From Porphyridium purpureum (taxonomy: Eukaryota), in contig VRMN01000012.1 of the NCBI GenBank assembly GCA_008690995.1, positions 372,001 through 419,514 of the forward strand: a DNA stretch of 47,514 nt. Direction: 5' to 3'. Positions 9,321-22,803 of the stretch are shown here, one piece after another (the first letter of the stretch is position 1; each line of letters opens with the position of its first letter). The translations under genes and the position numbers were made by a program. The notes under the pieces are model-generated. The model saw nothing but the letters and a program-made list of their open reading frames with translations. It did no database searches and was not told the DNA's origin.

Positions 9321-10951
9321 CGTTTGCTGACTCTCGTCTCACTCGGCGTGCGACCCGTGCCGTTCAGCGTGCGCCGGAGCAATCAGCGTCCCGTCGCGCA
9401 CGCTCGAAAGCGTTCTGCTCGATCATGGCTGCGGCATGCAGCCGGCGCGACGGAACGGCGTGCCCGTCTGCGCACCTGCATCTGTGGCGCAAGCCGGCCT
9501 TTGCTTCAACCGGAATCGCTCGAGATGCCGCTGGTGCATGCGAGCGTGCGAGCGTGCGGCGGCACGGCTGTGACGCGAATGGCGTGTGCGAGTGGCAGAT
9601 GTGGCGGCTCGTTCGTGTCTGAGTGCCGCGCGTGGCAATGTGGCGCGCCGCATGTACCTGCGCATGAGTTCACGCGCTGCGGAGAGACGCGCCGGCTGGA
9701 GAATGGCGGAATGTGCTTGGCGTTGTCGGGCGGGTTTCACCGAAGAGCGTGGACCGAGAGGCAATGGACGTGGTGTGAGCGCCGTCTCGCGCCGTGCGTT
9801 GAGCACGCCCAGAGCTGTGGCTCTTGATCGGTCATGATGTAAGGGCGCGTGGTGGGTTTACTCGGATGAGGAGGGATGATGCTGATCGCAAGGCGGCTGC
9901 CGCGTACGATGAGGGAGAACATTACGCGTCCAGATGGACAGGGTGCAAGACACTTTCGCGAGGTGTGAAGTATGCCAACGGAGGCAAAGCGATGCTTGTT
10001 GCGTCAGCGGCGGCTGGGCGACAGGACGTCGTCTTTGACGTGTCGCCACATGGTGCGCGTGCACCTGCTGCGGAGCAGGAAGCGTTGCATTCTGCCCCGG
10101 CGAGGCGTTGTGCGACTTGCGCTGACAGTATCACTGTCGGTAGTCGCGGGGGCCCGTCAGGTCCCGTTGGTCTCGAGGTGAGCCAGCTGGAGATCAGCAA
10201 CGCTCAGCACCGTTCAGCAGGCGCGCGGCGCCAATCGGCTCTGTCGTGGCCGAATATATTTCGACTGATTCATGAAAAGCAGCGAGGGCAGGCCATGAGT
10301 GTGGTCAAGTGAAACAGGCTCTGCGTGCACATGGCCGTTGTGCACGCGACGATGTGAGAAAAAATCTTGGTACGGAGCCTCTTTCCGTCGAAGAAGTTGG
10401 TTTTCGGTGGCTGGGGCGCGACGCCGACATCCAGCTTCTGGAAGGAACACGACGGCAGGAGCGGCACCGAGCGTGCGATGGCGCTGGACGGCTGTCAAAG
10501 ACGCGAAAGCCAAGCGAGGCTCGCTGACTATAACTCTATCGGAAACTCAGAAGCGTTTTGCGACGCGTGGAAGTGGACGAAGACTAAACGCAACGACTCT
10601 CACCACGATGCGTGCAGTCCATTGGACTCATGTGGCTGGATTCGCGGCGCAAGCGCTGGCTTGTATCTGCAGCGGAGAACGGGGCGACTGAAAGACGGCA
10701 TGGTGAGCTACCCAAGCAAGCCTGGTGAGAATCCAGAGTGAGATGGAACATGTCCGTAGAGTAGGGTGCCAGCTTGAATTGCGGGTTGGCAGATGATTGA
10801 GCGCCAATGCTTCATTCAACAATGTTGGTACGCAAACAGGTTGCGCGAGTGCATCGTGCAATGAGCCATGCAACCTGCACGTCTGTGCCGATCGTCTTGC
10901 CTGGGGGGCTGCGTGACAGGTGTTTCAACGCATCCCATGCCATGGTGTTCA

Positions 10952-10952
<1 letters not shown>

Positions 10953-11018
<66 letters not shown>
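10953..11018. repeat. (TGCCTG)11 microsatellite, array copy 2
   Basis: Directly visible. Confidence 0.95.
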
Positions 11019-11020
<2 letters not shown>

Positions 11021-12046
11021 GCGCAAGGCACGTAGGCTGATGGCTTATTTCTTAGTACAGCTTTGCGGAGCCGATATCGGAGAAAAAAAGGAGAGTGTGC
11101 TTGGGCGTGCAGATCCAAGCGACCATCTTGTTGGGCACAGTAAAAGTGTGCTCATCTGCCCTTGGAGAAGGGCTAATCATCAGCCAGTGCTTGACTGGCG
11201 CTGTCCGCTTTGTCTACTACCTACGGCGTTGCCGAAGACACAAGATGAGGACGTGCGCGTGGTAGCGGCTGGAACTGGACTGCGAAGCGTTGGGTTGTGT
11301 GAGTCGAATGTCGTTGTGGGCGGTGGGAATGATTCTCTGATGAATGACCCAGAAGTGGCTTCGCGATGCACAGTGCATGGTAGACGTGCCGCCATGATCA
11401 CGTGATCATGTTCAAGTTTAATTCACATCGTTCTCCGCTTTTGGTATCGTTTGCTGCATGCGAGCCAATCAAATTGCGATTGCGCGCGCTTCGAAAAAGG
11501 AATAATGAGGTCTTTAAACGAAGCTGCTGGAAATCGTATCGCATGGCTTTGCAGCCTCACTTCGAGGTGTGTAGAAAACAAGCACGGCGGAGAACAATAT
11601 TCATCGGCTCAGAGGAAAATTATTCCCACACGCCGTTGTGTGCGCCGCGTTGTGTCACGCAAGTACAGAGCGGCTTTTCTTGTGTGTTGCGCTTCGTCGG
11701 CCTCGACCATGACCACATGCGAGATCCAAACGGACTCCTCCCTTCCGACTGACTCCGAAGCAAAACGCCCACGCAAAGCATGAAAAAACAACGACGAAAA
11801 TATCTAGAAACCATCGCTGGCAACATCTGATTTGGACTGTGTCCGGAGCGTTTTTGAATTGTACTTTTCGATGCGACGAAAATCGGTGTGTTTCGCGCCG
11901 TCAACGACGCGCGCCGGAAGATGAACACAGAGTGTCCATGAAGTTGTGAGATGGGCTGCCGTGGCTATTTAAAGACATGATGATGGTGTGGCTGCAGGGA
12001 GACGTGTGTGTGCGTGTGTGTGCGTGTGTGTGCGTGTGTGTGCGTG

Positions 12047-12078
<32 letters not shown>

Positions 12079-12275
12079 GGGAAGAAGCGGTAGGTGGGGG
12101 GAGGGGGGGGCTTTTTGGACTTGTGGAAAAGCGAATATAAGGCTGCGTCGAGGTTGGGCGGCTCATCTTCGCTCTTGTGTGCTTGTCGCCATAGTTAAGG
12201 GCGCAGCAGGGACGAAAGGGTGACCCACCGATTTCGGTTGCCCGCTCTTCGTCTCTATCTGATTCTTTCGCCGCG

Positions 12276-13466
12276 ATGCTGACACGCAGTCGCACTCGCG
12301 TGCGTGCTCGACTTGCCTGGGAACTGCTTGTTCTTGCTATTCTCCTGGTTCTCGTCGACTCGCGTCGAGGCCTTCTGCGAGCTTCGGTAGAGGCGGTCGG
12401 CCTTCGTTGCGATGCATGCTCGACCGACTTTGATTGTGTTGGCGTTCTGGGATGCTTCGAAGGCACGTGCGAGCTGGCGTCGGACCCCATTGGCATTTGC
12501 GAGACCGGATGCTGTCAAGCGTGCGACTGCTCGGTGAACACGGTGTGTGTGGGCGACTCCGGGGCGTCGTGCTCGGAGGATTGCAATTGCAGCGGTGACT
12601 TGGTGTGTGTGGACGGCCAATGCGGATCGGGAGGTCCGGGTCCACCGCCTTCAACCGGGCCGCGCTGCAGTACCTGCTCGACCGATGCAAATTGCGCTGG
12701 GGTACTGGGATGCTTCGAAGGCACGTGCGAGCTGGCGTCGGACCCCATTGGCATTTGCCAGACCGAATGCTGTGAAGCGTGCGACTGCTCGGTGAACACG
12801 GCGTGCGTGGGCGCCTCCGGGGCGTCATGCTCGGAGGATTGCAATTGCAGCGGTGACTTGGTGTGTGTGGACGGCCAATGCGGATCGGGAGGTCCGGGTA
12901 CACCGGGTCCACCGCCTCCTCCGCCTCCTCCGCCTCCACCGCCGACACTGCCAACACCGCCGATAATGCCGCCACCTCCACCGACGTCACCGCCACCGGA
13001 GCCGGTGTGTATCGACGCCGAGTGGATCGAGGCGCGTGGGTTGGAGAAGGTGCATGCCTCTGATGGCGTGGGCGAGTTGCTGTGCATTGTAGGTCTGGAC
13101 GACATTCCGTGCGGCACGCCCGACCACGTGCTTGAAGTTGCCGAAATTGCGGGTGCTGCTCGCATGCGCGCGTCGAGGTCGGTGCTTCGCACGTACGCGG
13201 ACGTGTGTGCGGCGCGCGCGTGCACGTCCAAGGTGGGCCGCTTCAATGGCGTCTTGCACTCGGATGCGCACTTGATGCCGACTCAGGAGGGCCACACGCT
13301 GACGACAGTGGCGCATCGAGGTACGATTTGGAGTGGCGTTGAGAACCGTGTCGTGGTGGCCGCGCAGCGCATGCAGTCTGCGCGCATCAACCGAGCCCTG
13401 GCGTACTTGCAGCAGAAGAATAGCGTGCAGCGCCTGGATGATACGAAGCGGGGTGTGACCGTTTGA
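12276..13466 (+). CDS. Secreted Cys-rich/polyproline protein, copy 2
   Basis: Translation identical to 7000-8190. Confidence 0.85.
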   Translation: MLTRSRTRVRARLAWELLVLAILLVLVDSRRGLLRASVEAVGLRCDACSTDFDCVGVLGCFEGTCELASDPIGICETGCCQACDCSVNTVCVGDSGASCSEDCNCSGDLVCVDGQCGSGGPGPPPSTGPRCSTCSTDANCAGVLGCFEGTCELASDPIGICQTECCEACDCSVNTACVGASGASCSEDCNCSGDLVCVDGQCGSGGPGTPGPPPPPPPPPPPPTLPTPPIMPPPPPTSPPPEPVCIDAEWIEARGLEKVHASDGVGELLCIVGLDDIPCGTPDHVLEVAEIAGAARMRASRSVLRTYADVCAARACTSKVGRFNGVLHSDAHLMPTQEGHTLTTVAHRGTIWSGVENRVVVAAQRMQSARINRALAYLQQKNSVQRLDDTKRGVTV

Positions 13467-14148
13467 GGAGGTTGCGGGCACGGAGACTGTGCGAGAAACG
13501 TGCTCGCATGACGGCAGGAGTCGTGGCGCCCGGCCGATCGGCGCGCGTGGAGTCGGTCCAGTTTGTGCCAATCTGTGGCGGAGCATCCAGATGAACGACG
13601 AAATGCACGGTTTGGGATGTCCTGGGGCAATGAAAACATGACCCCCGGCTTTCGGAGACGGCGCGCCCGCTGCCTGTGAAAGGGCGACGGATTTTCTCCC
13701 CCGGGGTTTTTGCCGACGCTCTCTATTCTTCTTTCTCTCGAGAGTTTATTCTTTTTCTTTAAAGTCTAAGTGAATGTCTGAAGCAACTGCTGGGGCGCCA
13801 TGTTAGTTCACTGCTGCGGAAACCCTTTCCGTCGTCATTGGCACAATGCGCAAAAGGTCTGGCCTGCCAATTGGCCATGTGTGAGAGCAAAGCAGAGGGA
13901 TCTTCCAGTTTGTCCCAGTATTTTCCCGACAATTTGGCAAGTGTTTTATTCTGTTCCCCCATCGAGGGTATCTCCCCTGCAGTAAGTGAGCCCGTCCAGG
14001 TCAAATGAAGTACCTACCGCTGCGGCGCGAGACGCACCCTGGGAAGCACGGAAGAGGAAGCCAGATTAAGTATCCTTGTCAAAAGCTGGCTGCGATGGTA
14101 ACACATGACGAGCTGGAGCAGAGCCTACTTTCTTTCGCAACTATTATC

Positions 14149-14596
14149 TCACTGAAGTACCAGCGTGCATTCGCCCAGGCGAGCCTCAATGGTTTTCATC
14201 ACTTTTTCAAGTCCCACACCGGTGGTGGACCACAACTCGTCCTCCTTGAACACGGCCGACACTGCCACAACGACGTCTCCCTCCTTCACACCAGCCTTCT
14301 CTCCATTTGATCCCGCAGCGACCTCGCGCACAAACACCATCCCGTCGTCCCGCTCTTCAAGCAGCAGTCCAATCGGCTTCTCCACCGTCACCTTTCGCTC
14401 GCCTTTCTGGACTGGGCGGTTCTCACTCTCCTCCATGCCGTCCTGGTGGATGTTGAAAATCTCTTTCGCGTCCTCTGCTGCCATGTACAACGTGGCGGGC
14501 GAGCGCCTCGCTTGCGGCGTCATGCACGCCGGCTCCATTGCGTTCGCCAGCTTGTGCGGCACCACCTGCGCCGCAAGCTCCGACAAAGGCAACCAT
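14149..14596 (-). pseudogene. PDZ-domain gene copy with frameshifted transit peptide
   Basis: Identical to 8873-9320. Confidence 0.7.
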
Positions 14597-16227
14597 CGTT
14601 TGCTGACTCTCGTCTCACTCGGCGTGCGACCCGTGCCGTTCAGCGTGCGCCGGAGCAATCAGCGTCCCGTCGCGCACGCTCGAAAGCGTTCTGCTCGATC
14701 ATGGCTGCGGCATGCAGCCGGCGCGACGGAACGGCGTGCCCGTCTGCGCACCTGCATCTGTGGCGCAAGCCGGCCTTTGCTTCAACCGGAATCGCTCGAG
14801 ATGCCGCTGGTGCATGCGAGCGTGCGAGCGTGCGGCGGCACGGCTGTGACGCGAATGGCGTGTGCGAGTGGCAGATGTGGCGGCTCGTTCGTGTCTGAGT
14901 GCCGCGCGTGGCAATGTGGCGCGCCGCATGTACCTGCGCATGAGTTCACGCGCTGCGGAGAGACGCGCCGGCTGGAGAATGGCGGAATGTGCTTGGCGTT
15001 GTCGGGCGGGTTTCACCGAAGAGCGTGGACCGAGAGGCAATGGACGTGGTGTGAGCGCCGTCTCGCGCCGTGCGTTGAGCACGCCCAGAGCTGTGGCTCT
15101 TGATCGGTCATGATGTAAGGGCGCGTGGTGGGTTTACTCGGATGAGGAGGGATGATGCTGATCGCAAGGCGGCTGCCGCGTACGATGAGGGAGAACATTA
15201 CGCGTCCAGATGGACAGGGTGCAAGACACTTTCGCGAGGTGTGAAGTATGCCAACGGAGGCAAAGCGATGCTTGTTGCGTCAGCGGCGGCTGGGCGACAG
15301 GACGTCGTCTTTGACGTGTCGCCACATGGTGCGCGTGCACCTGCTGCGGAGCAGGAAGCGTTGCATTCTGCCCCGGCGAGGCGTTGTGCGACTTGCGCTG
15401 ACAGTATCACTGTCGGTAGTCGCGGGGGCCCGTCAGGTCCCGTTGGTCTCGAGGTGAGCCAGCTGGAGATCAGCAACGCTCAGCACCGTTCAGCAGGCGC
15501 GCGGCGCCAATCGGCTCTGTCGTGGCCGAATATATTTCGACTGATTCATGAAAAGCAGCGAGGGCAGGCCATGAGTGTGGTCAAGTGAAACAGGCTCTGC
15601 GTGCACATGGCCGTTGTGCACGCGACGATGTGAGAAAAAATCTTGGTACGGAGCCTCTTTCCGTCGAAGAAGTTGGTTTTCGGTGGCTGGGGCGCGACGC
15701 CGACATCCAGCTTCTGGAAGGAACACGACGGCAGGAGCGGCACCGAGCGTGCGATGGCGCTGGACGGCTGTCAAAGACGCGAAAGCCAAGCGAGGCTCGC
15801 TGACTATAACTCTATCGGAAACTCAGAAGCGTTTTGCGACGCGTGGAAGTGGACGAAGACTAAACGCAACGACTCTCACCACGATGCGTGCAGTCCATTG
15901 GACTCATGTGGCTGGATTCGCGGCGCAAGCGCTGGCTTGTATCTGCAGCGGAGAACGGGGCGACTGAAAGACGGCATGGTGAGCTACCCAAGCAAGCCTG
16001 GTGAGAATCCAGAGTGAGATGGAACATGTCCGTAGAGTAGGGTGCCAGCTTGAATTGCGGGTTGGCAGATGATTGAGCGCCAATGCTTCATTCAACAATG
16101 TTGGTACGCAAACAGGTTGCGCGAGTGCATCGTGCAATGAGCCATGCAACCTGCACGTCTGTGCCGATCGTCTTGCCTGGGGGGCTGCGTGACAGGTGTT
16201 TCAACGCATCCCATGCCATGGTGTTCA

Positions 16228-16228
<1 letters not shown>

Positions 16229-16282
<54 letters not shown>
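16229..16282. repeat. (TGCCTG)9 microsatellite, array copy 3
   Basis: 12 bp shorter, which explains the 5264 vs 5276 offset. Confidence 0.95.
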
Positions 16283-16284
<2 letters not shown>

Positions 16285-17310
16285 GCGCAAGGCACGTAGG
16301 CTGATGGCTTATTTCTTAGTACAGCTTTGCGGAGCCGATATCGGAGAAAAAAAGGAGAGTGTGCTTGGGCGTGCAGATCCAAGCGACCATCTTGTTGGGC
16401 ACAGTAAAAGTGTGCTCATCTGCCCTTGGAGAAGGGCTAATCATCAGCCAGTGCTTGACTGGCGCTGTCCGCTTTGTCTACTACCTACGGCGTTGCCGAA
16501 GACACAAGATGAGGACGTGCGCGTGGTAGCGGCTGGAACTGGACTGCGAAGCGTTGGGTTGTGTGAGTCGAATGTCGTTGTGGGCGGTGGGAATGATTCT
16601 CTGATGAATGACCCAGAAGTGGCTTCGCGATGCACAGTGCATGGTAGACGTGCCGCCATGATCACGTGATCATGTTCAAGTTTAATTCACATCGTTCTCC
16701 GCTTTTGGTATCGTTTGCTGCATGCGAGCCAATCAAATTGCGATTGCGCGCGCTTCGAAAAAGGAATAATGAGGTCTTTAAACGAAGCTGCTGGAAATCG
16801 TATCGCATGGCTTTGCAGCCTCACTTCGAGGTGTGTAGAAAACAAGCACGGCGGAGAACAATATTCATCGGCTCAGAGGAAAATTATTCCCACACGCCGT
16901 TGTGTGCGCCGCGTTGTGTCACGCAAGTACAGAGCGGCTTTTCTTGTGTGTTGCGCTTCGTCGGCCTCGACCATGACCACATGCGAGATCCAAACGGACT
17001 CCTCCCTTCCGACTGACTCCGAAGCAAAACGCCCACGCAAAGCATGAAAAAACAACGACGAAAATATCTAGAAACCATCGCTGGCAACATCTGATTTGGA
17101 CTGTGTCCGGAGCGTTTTTGAATTGTACTTTTCGATGCGACGAAAATCGGTGTGTTTCGCGCCGTCAACGACGCGCGCCGGAAGATGAACACAGAGTGTC
17201 CATGAAGTTGTGAGATGGGCTGCCGTGGCTATTTAAAGACATGATGATGGTGTGGCTGCAGGGAGACGTGTGTGTGCGTGTGTGTGCGTGTGTGTGCGTG
17301 TGTGTGCGTG

Positions 17311-17342
<32 letters not shown>

Positions 17343-17539
17343 GGGAAGAAGCGGTAGGTGGGGGGAGGGGGGGGCTTTTTGGACTTGTGGAAAAGCGAAT
17401 ATAAGGCTGCGTCGAGGTTGGGCGGCTCATCTTCGCTCTTGTGTGCTTGTCGCCATAGTTAAGGGCGCAGCAGGGACGAAAGGGTGACCCACCGATTTCG
17501 GTTGCCCGCTCTTCGTCTCTATCTGATTCTTTCGCCGCG

Positions 17540-18730
17540 ATGCTGACACGCAGTCGCACTCGCGTGCGTGCTCGACTTGCCTGGGAACTGCTTGTTCTTG
17601 CTATTCTCCTGGTTCTCGTCGACTCGCGTCGAGGCCTTCTGCGAGCTTCGGTAGAGGCGGTCGGCCTTCGTTGCGATGCATGCTCGACCGACTTTGATTG
17701 TGTTGGCGTTCTGGGATGCTTCGAAGGCACGTGCGAGCTGGCGTCGGACCCCATTGGCATTTGCGAGACCGGATGCTGTCAAGCGTGCGACTGCTCGGTG
17801 AACACGGTGTGTGTGGGCGACTCCGGGGCGTCGTGCTCGGAGGATTGCAATTGCAGCGGTGACTTGGTGTGTGTGGACGGCCAATGCGGATCGGGAGGTC
17901 CGGGTCCACCGCCTTCAACCGGGCCGCGCTGCAGTACCTGCTCGACCGATGCAAATTGCGCTGGGGTACTGGGATGCTTCGAAGGCACGTGCGAGCTGGC
18001 GTCGGACCCCATTGGCATTTGCCAGACCGAATGCTGTGAAGCGTGCGACTGCTCGGTGAACACGGCGTGCGTGGGCGCCTCCGGGGCGTCATGCTCGGAG
18101 GATTGCAATTGCAGCGGTGACTTGGTGTGTGTGGACGGCCAATGCGGATCGGGAGGTCCGGGTACACCGGGTCCACCGCCTCCTCCGCCTCCTCCGCCTC
18201 CACCGCCGACACTGCCAACACCGCCGATAATGCCGCCACCTCCACCGACGTCACCGCCACCGGAGCCGGTGTGTATCGACGCCGAGTGGATCGAGGCGCG
18301 TGGGTTGGAGAAGGTGCATGCCTCTGATGGCGTGGGCGAGTTGCTGTGCATTGTAGGTCTGGACGACATTCCGTGCGGCACGCCCGACCACGTGCTTGAA
18401 GTTGCCGAAATTGCGGGTGCTGCTCGCATGCGCGCGTCGAGGTCGGTGCTTCGCACGTACGCGGACGTGTGTGCGGCGCGCGCGTGCACGTCCAAGGTGG
18501 GCCGCTTCAATGGCGTCTTGCACTCGGATGCGCACTTGATGCCGACTCAGGAGGGCCACACGCTGACGACAGTGGCGCATCGAGGTACGATTTGGAGTGG
18601 CGTTGAGAACCGTGTCGTGGTGGCCGCGCAGCGCATGCAGTCTGCGCGCATCAACCGAGCCCTGGCGTACTTGCAGCAGAAGAATAGCGTGCAGCGCCTG
18701 GATGATACGAAGCGGGGTGTGACCGTTTGA
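17540..18730 (+). CDS. Secreted Cys-rich/polyproline protein, copy 3
   Basis: Translation identical to 7000-8190. Confidence 0.85.
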   Translation: MLTRSRTRVRARLAWELLVLAILLVLVDSRRGLLRASVEAVGLRCDACSTDFDCVGVLGCFEGTCELASDPIGICETGCCQACDCSVNTVCVGDSGASCSEDCNCSGDLVCVDGQCGSGGPGPPPSTGPRCSTCSTDANCAGVLGCFEGTCELASDPIGICQTECCEACDCSVNTACVGASGASCSEDCNCSGDLVCVDGQCGSGGPGTPGPPPPPPPPPPPPTLPTPPIMPPPPPTSPPPEPVCIDAEWIEARGLEKVHASDGVGELLCIVGLDDIPCGTPDHVLEVAEIAGAARMRASRSVLRTYADVCAARACTSKVGRFNGVLHSDAHLMPTQEGHTLTTVAHRGTIWSGVENRVVVAAQRMQSARINRALAYLQQKNSVQRLDDTKRGVTV

Positions 18731-19412
18731 GGAGGTTGCGGGCACGGAGACTGTGCGAGAAACGTGCTCGCATGACGGCAGGAGTCGTGGCGCCCGGCCG
18801 ATCGGCGCGCGTGGAGTCGGTCCAGTTTGTGCCAATCTGTGGCGGAGCATCCAGATGAACGACGAAATGCACGGTTTGGGATGTCCTGGGGCAATGAAAA
18901 CATGACCCCCGGCTTTCGGAGACGGCGCGCCCGCTGCCTGTGAAAGGGCGACGGATTTTCTCCCCCGGGGTTTTTGCCGACGCTCTCTATTCTTCTTTCT
19001 CTCGAGAGTTTATTCTTTTTCTTTAAAGTCTAAGTGAATGTCTGAAGCAACTGCTGGGGCGCCATGTTAGTTCACTGCTGCGGAAACCCTTTCCGTCGTC
19101 ATTGGCACAATGCGCAAAAGGTCTGGCCTGCCAATTGGCCATGTGTGAGAGCAAAGCAGAGGGATCTTCCAGTTTGTCCCAGTATTTTCCCGACAATTTG
19201 GCAAGTGTTTTATTCTGTTCCCCCATCGAGGGTATCTCCCCTGCAGTAAGTGAGCCCGTCCAGGTCAAATGAAGTACCTACCGCTGCGGCGCGAGACGCA
19301 CCCTGGGAAGCACGGAAGAGGAAGCCAGATTAAGTATCCTTGTCAAAAGCTGGCTGCGATGGTAACACATGACGAGCTGGAGCAGAGCCTACTTTCTTTC
19401 GCAACTATTATC

Positions 19413-19860
19413 TCACTGAAGTACCAGCGTGCATTCGCCCAGGCGAGCCTCAATGGTTTTCATCACTTTTTCAAGTCCCACACCGGTGGTGGACCACAAC
19501 TCGTCCTCCTTGAACACGGCCGACACTGCCACAACGACGTCTCCCTCCTTCACACCAGCCTTCTCTCCATTTGATCCCGCAGCGACCTCGCGCACAAACA
19601 CCATCCCGTCGTCCCGCTCTTCAAGCAGCAGTCCAATCGGCTTCTCCACCGTCACCTTTCGCTCGCCTTTCTGGACTGGGCGGTTCTCACTCTCCTCCAT
19701 GCCGTCCTGGTGGATGTTGAAAATCTCTTTCGCGTCCTCTGCTGCCATGTACAACGTGGCGGGCGAGCGCCTCGCTTGCGGCGTCATGCACGCCGGCTCC
19801 ATTGCGTTCGCCAGCTTGTGCGGCACCACCTGCGCCGCAAGCTCCGACAAAGGCAACCAT
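19413..19860 (-). pseudogene. PDZ-domain gene copy with frameshifted transit peptide
   Basis: Identical to 8873-9320. Confidence 0.7.
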
Positions 19861-21491
19861 CGTTTGCTGACTCTCGTCTCACTCGGCGTGCGACCCGTGC
19901 CGTTCAGCGTGCGCCGGAGCAATCAGCGTCCCGTCGCGCACGCTCGAAAGCGTTCTGCTCGATCATGGCTGCGGCATGCAGCCGGCGCGACGGAACGGCG
20001 TGCCCGTCTGCGCACCTGCATCTGTGGCGCAAGCCGGCCTTTGCTTCAACCGGAATCGCTCGAGATGCCGCTGGTGCATGCGAGCGTGCGAGCGTGCGGC
20101 GGCACGGCTGTGACGCGAATGGCGTGTGCGAGTGGCAGATGTGGCGGCTCGTTCGTGTCTGAGTGCCGCGCGTGGCAATGTGGCGCGCCGCATGTACCTG
20201 CGCATGAGTTCACGCGCTGCGGAGAGACGCGCCGGCTGGAGAATGGCGGAATGTGCTTGGCGTTGTCGGGCGGGTTTCACCGAAGAGCGTGGACCGAGAG
20301 GCAATGGACGTGGTGTGAGCGCCGTCTCGCGCCGTGCGTTGAGCACGCCCAGAGCTGTGGCTCTTGATCGGTCATGATGTAAGGGCGCGTGGTGGGTTTA
20401 CTCGGATGAGGAGGGATGATGCTGATCGCAAGGCGGCTGCCGCGTACGATGAGGGAGAACATTACGCGTCCAGATGGACAGGGTGCAAGACACTTTCGCG
20501 AGGTGTGAAGTATGCCAACGGAGGCAAAGCGATGCTTGTTGCGTCAGCGGCGGCTGGGCGACAGGACGTCGTCTTTGACGTGTCGCCACATGGTGCGCGT
20601 GCACCTGCTGCGGAGCAGGAAGCGTTGCATTCTGCCCCGGCGAGGCGTTGTGCGACTTGCGCTGACAGTATCACTGTCGGTAGTCGCGGGGGCCCGTCAG
20701 GTCCCGTTGGTCTCGAGGTGAGCCAGCTGGAGATCAGCAACGCTCAGCACCGTTCAGCAGGCGCGCGGCGCCAATCGGCTCTGTCGTGGCCGAATATATT
20801 TCGACTGATTCATGAAAAGCAGCGAGGGCAGGCCATGAGTGTGGTCAAGTGAAACAGGCTCTGCGTGCACATGGCCGTTGTGCACGCGACGATGTGAGAA
20901 AAAATCTTGGTACGGAGCCTCTTTCCGTCGAAGAAGTTGGTTTTCGGTGGCTGGGGCGCGACGCCGACATCCAGCTTCTGGAAGGAACACGACGGCAGGA
21001 GCGGCACCGAGCGTGCGATGGCGCTGGACGGCTGTCAAAGACGCGAAAGCCAAGCGAGGCTCGCTGACTATAACTCTATCGGAAACTCAGAAGCGTTTTG
21101 CGACGCGTGGAAGTGGACGAAGACTAAACGCAACGACTCTCACCACGATGCGTGCAGTCCATTGGACTCATGTGGCTGGATTCGCGGCGCAAGCGCTGGC
21201 TTGTATCTGCAGCGGAGAACGGGGCGACTGAAAGACGGCATGGTGAGCTACCCAAGCAAGCCTGGTGAGAATCCAGAGTGAGATGGAACATGTCCGTAGA
21301 GTAGGGTGCCAGCTTGAATTGCGGGTTGGCAGATGATTGAGCGCCAATGCTTCATTCAACAATGTTGGTACGCAAACAGGTTGCGCGAGTGCATCGTGCA
21401 ATGAGCCATGCAACCTGCACGTCTGTGCCGATCGTCTTGCCTGGGGGGCTGCGTGACAGGTGTTTCAACGCATCCCATGCCATGGTGTTCA

Positions 21492-21492
<1 letters not shown>

Positions 21493-21546
<54 letters not shown>
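21493..21546. repeat. (TGCCTG)9 microsatellite, array copy 4
   Basis: Directly visible. Confidence 0.95.
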
Positions 21547-21548
<2 letters not shown>

Positions 21549-22574
21549 GCGCAAGGCACGTAGGCTGATGGCTTATTTCTTAGTACAGCTTTGCGGAGCC
21601 GATATCGGAGAAAAAAAGGAGAGTGTGCTTGGGCGTGCAGATCCAAGCGACCATCTTGTTGGGCACAGTAAAAGTGTGCTCATCTGCCCTTGGAGAAGGG
21701 CTAATCATCAGCCAGTGCTTGACTGGCGCTGTCCGCTTTGTCTACTACCTACGGCGTTGCCGAAGACACAAGATGAGGACGTGCGCGTGGTAGCGGCTGG
21801 AACTGGACTGCGAAGCGTTGGGTTGTGTGAGTCGAATGTCGTTGTGGGCGGTGGGAATGATTCTCTGATGAATGACCCAGAAGTGGCTTCGCGATGCACA
21901 GTGCATGGTAGACGTGCCGCCATGATCACGTGATCATGTTCAAGTTTAATTCACATCGTTCTCCGCTTTTGGTATCGTTTGCTGCATGCGAGCCAATCAA
22001 ATTGCGATTGCGCGCGCTTCGAAAAAGGAATAATGAGGTCTTTAAACGAAGCTGCTGGAAATCGTATCGCATGGCTTTGCAGCCTCACTTCGAGGTGTGT
22101 AGAAAACAAGCACGGCGGAGAACAATATTCATCGGCTCAGAGGAAAATTATTCCCACACGCCGTTGTGTGCGCCGCGTTGTGTCACGCAAGTACAGAGCG
22201 GCTTTTCTTGTGTGTTGCGCTTCGTCGGCCTCGACCATGACCACATGCGAGATCCAAACGGACTCCTCCCTTCCGACTGACTCCGAAGCAAAACGCCCAC
22301 GCAAAGCATGAAAAAACAACGACGAAAATATCTAGAAACCATCGCTGGCAACATCTGATTTGGACTGTGTCCGGAGCGTTTTTGAATTGTACTTTTCGAT
22401 GCGACGAAAATCGGTGTGTTTCGCGCCGTCAACGACGCGCGCCGGAAGATGAACACAGAGTGTCCATGAAGTTGTGAGATGGGCTGCCGTGGCTATTTAA
22501 AGACATGATGATGGTGTGGCTGCAGGGAGACGTGTGTGTGCGTGTGTGTGCGTGTGTGTGCGTGTGTGTGCGTG

Positions 22575-22606
<32 letters not shown>

Positions 22607-22803
22607 GGGAAGAAGCGGTAGGTGGGGGGAGGGGGGGGCTTTTTGGACTTGTGGAAAAGCGAATATAAGGCTGCGTCGAGGTTGGGCGGCTCATCTTCGC
22701 TCTTGTGTGCTTGTCGCCATAGTTAAGGGCGCAGCAGGGACGAAAGGGTGACCCACCGATTTCGGTTGCCCGCTCTTCGTCTCTATCTGATTCTTTCGCC
22801 GCG

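Noticed and set aside
8889..9827. 312-aa plus-strand ORF crossing the array junction
   Set aside because: Antisense shadow of the PDZ gene extended through GC-rich stop-poor sequence; non-ATG start and no motifs.
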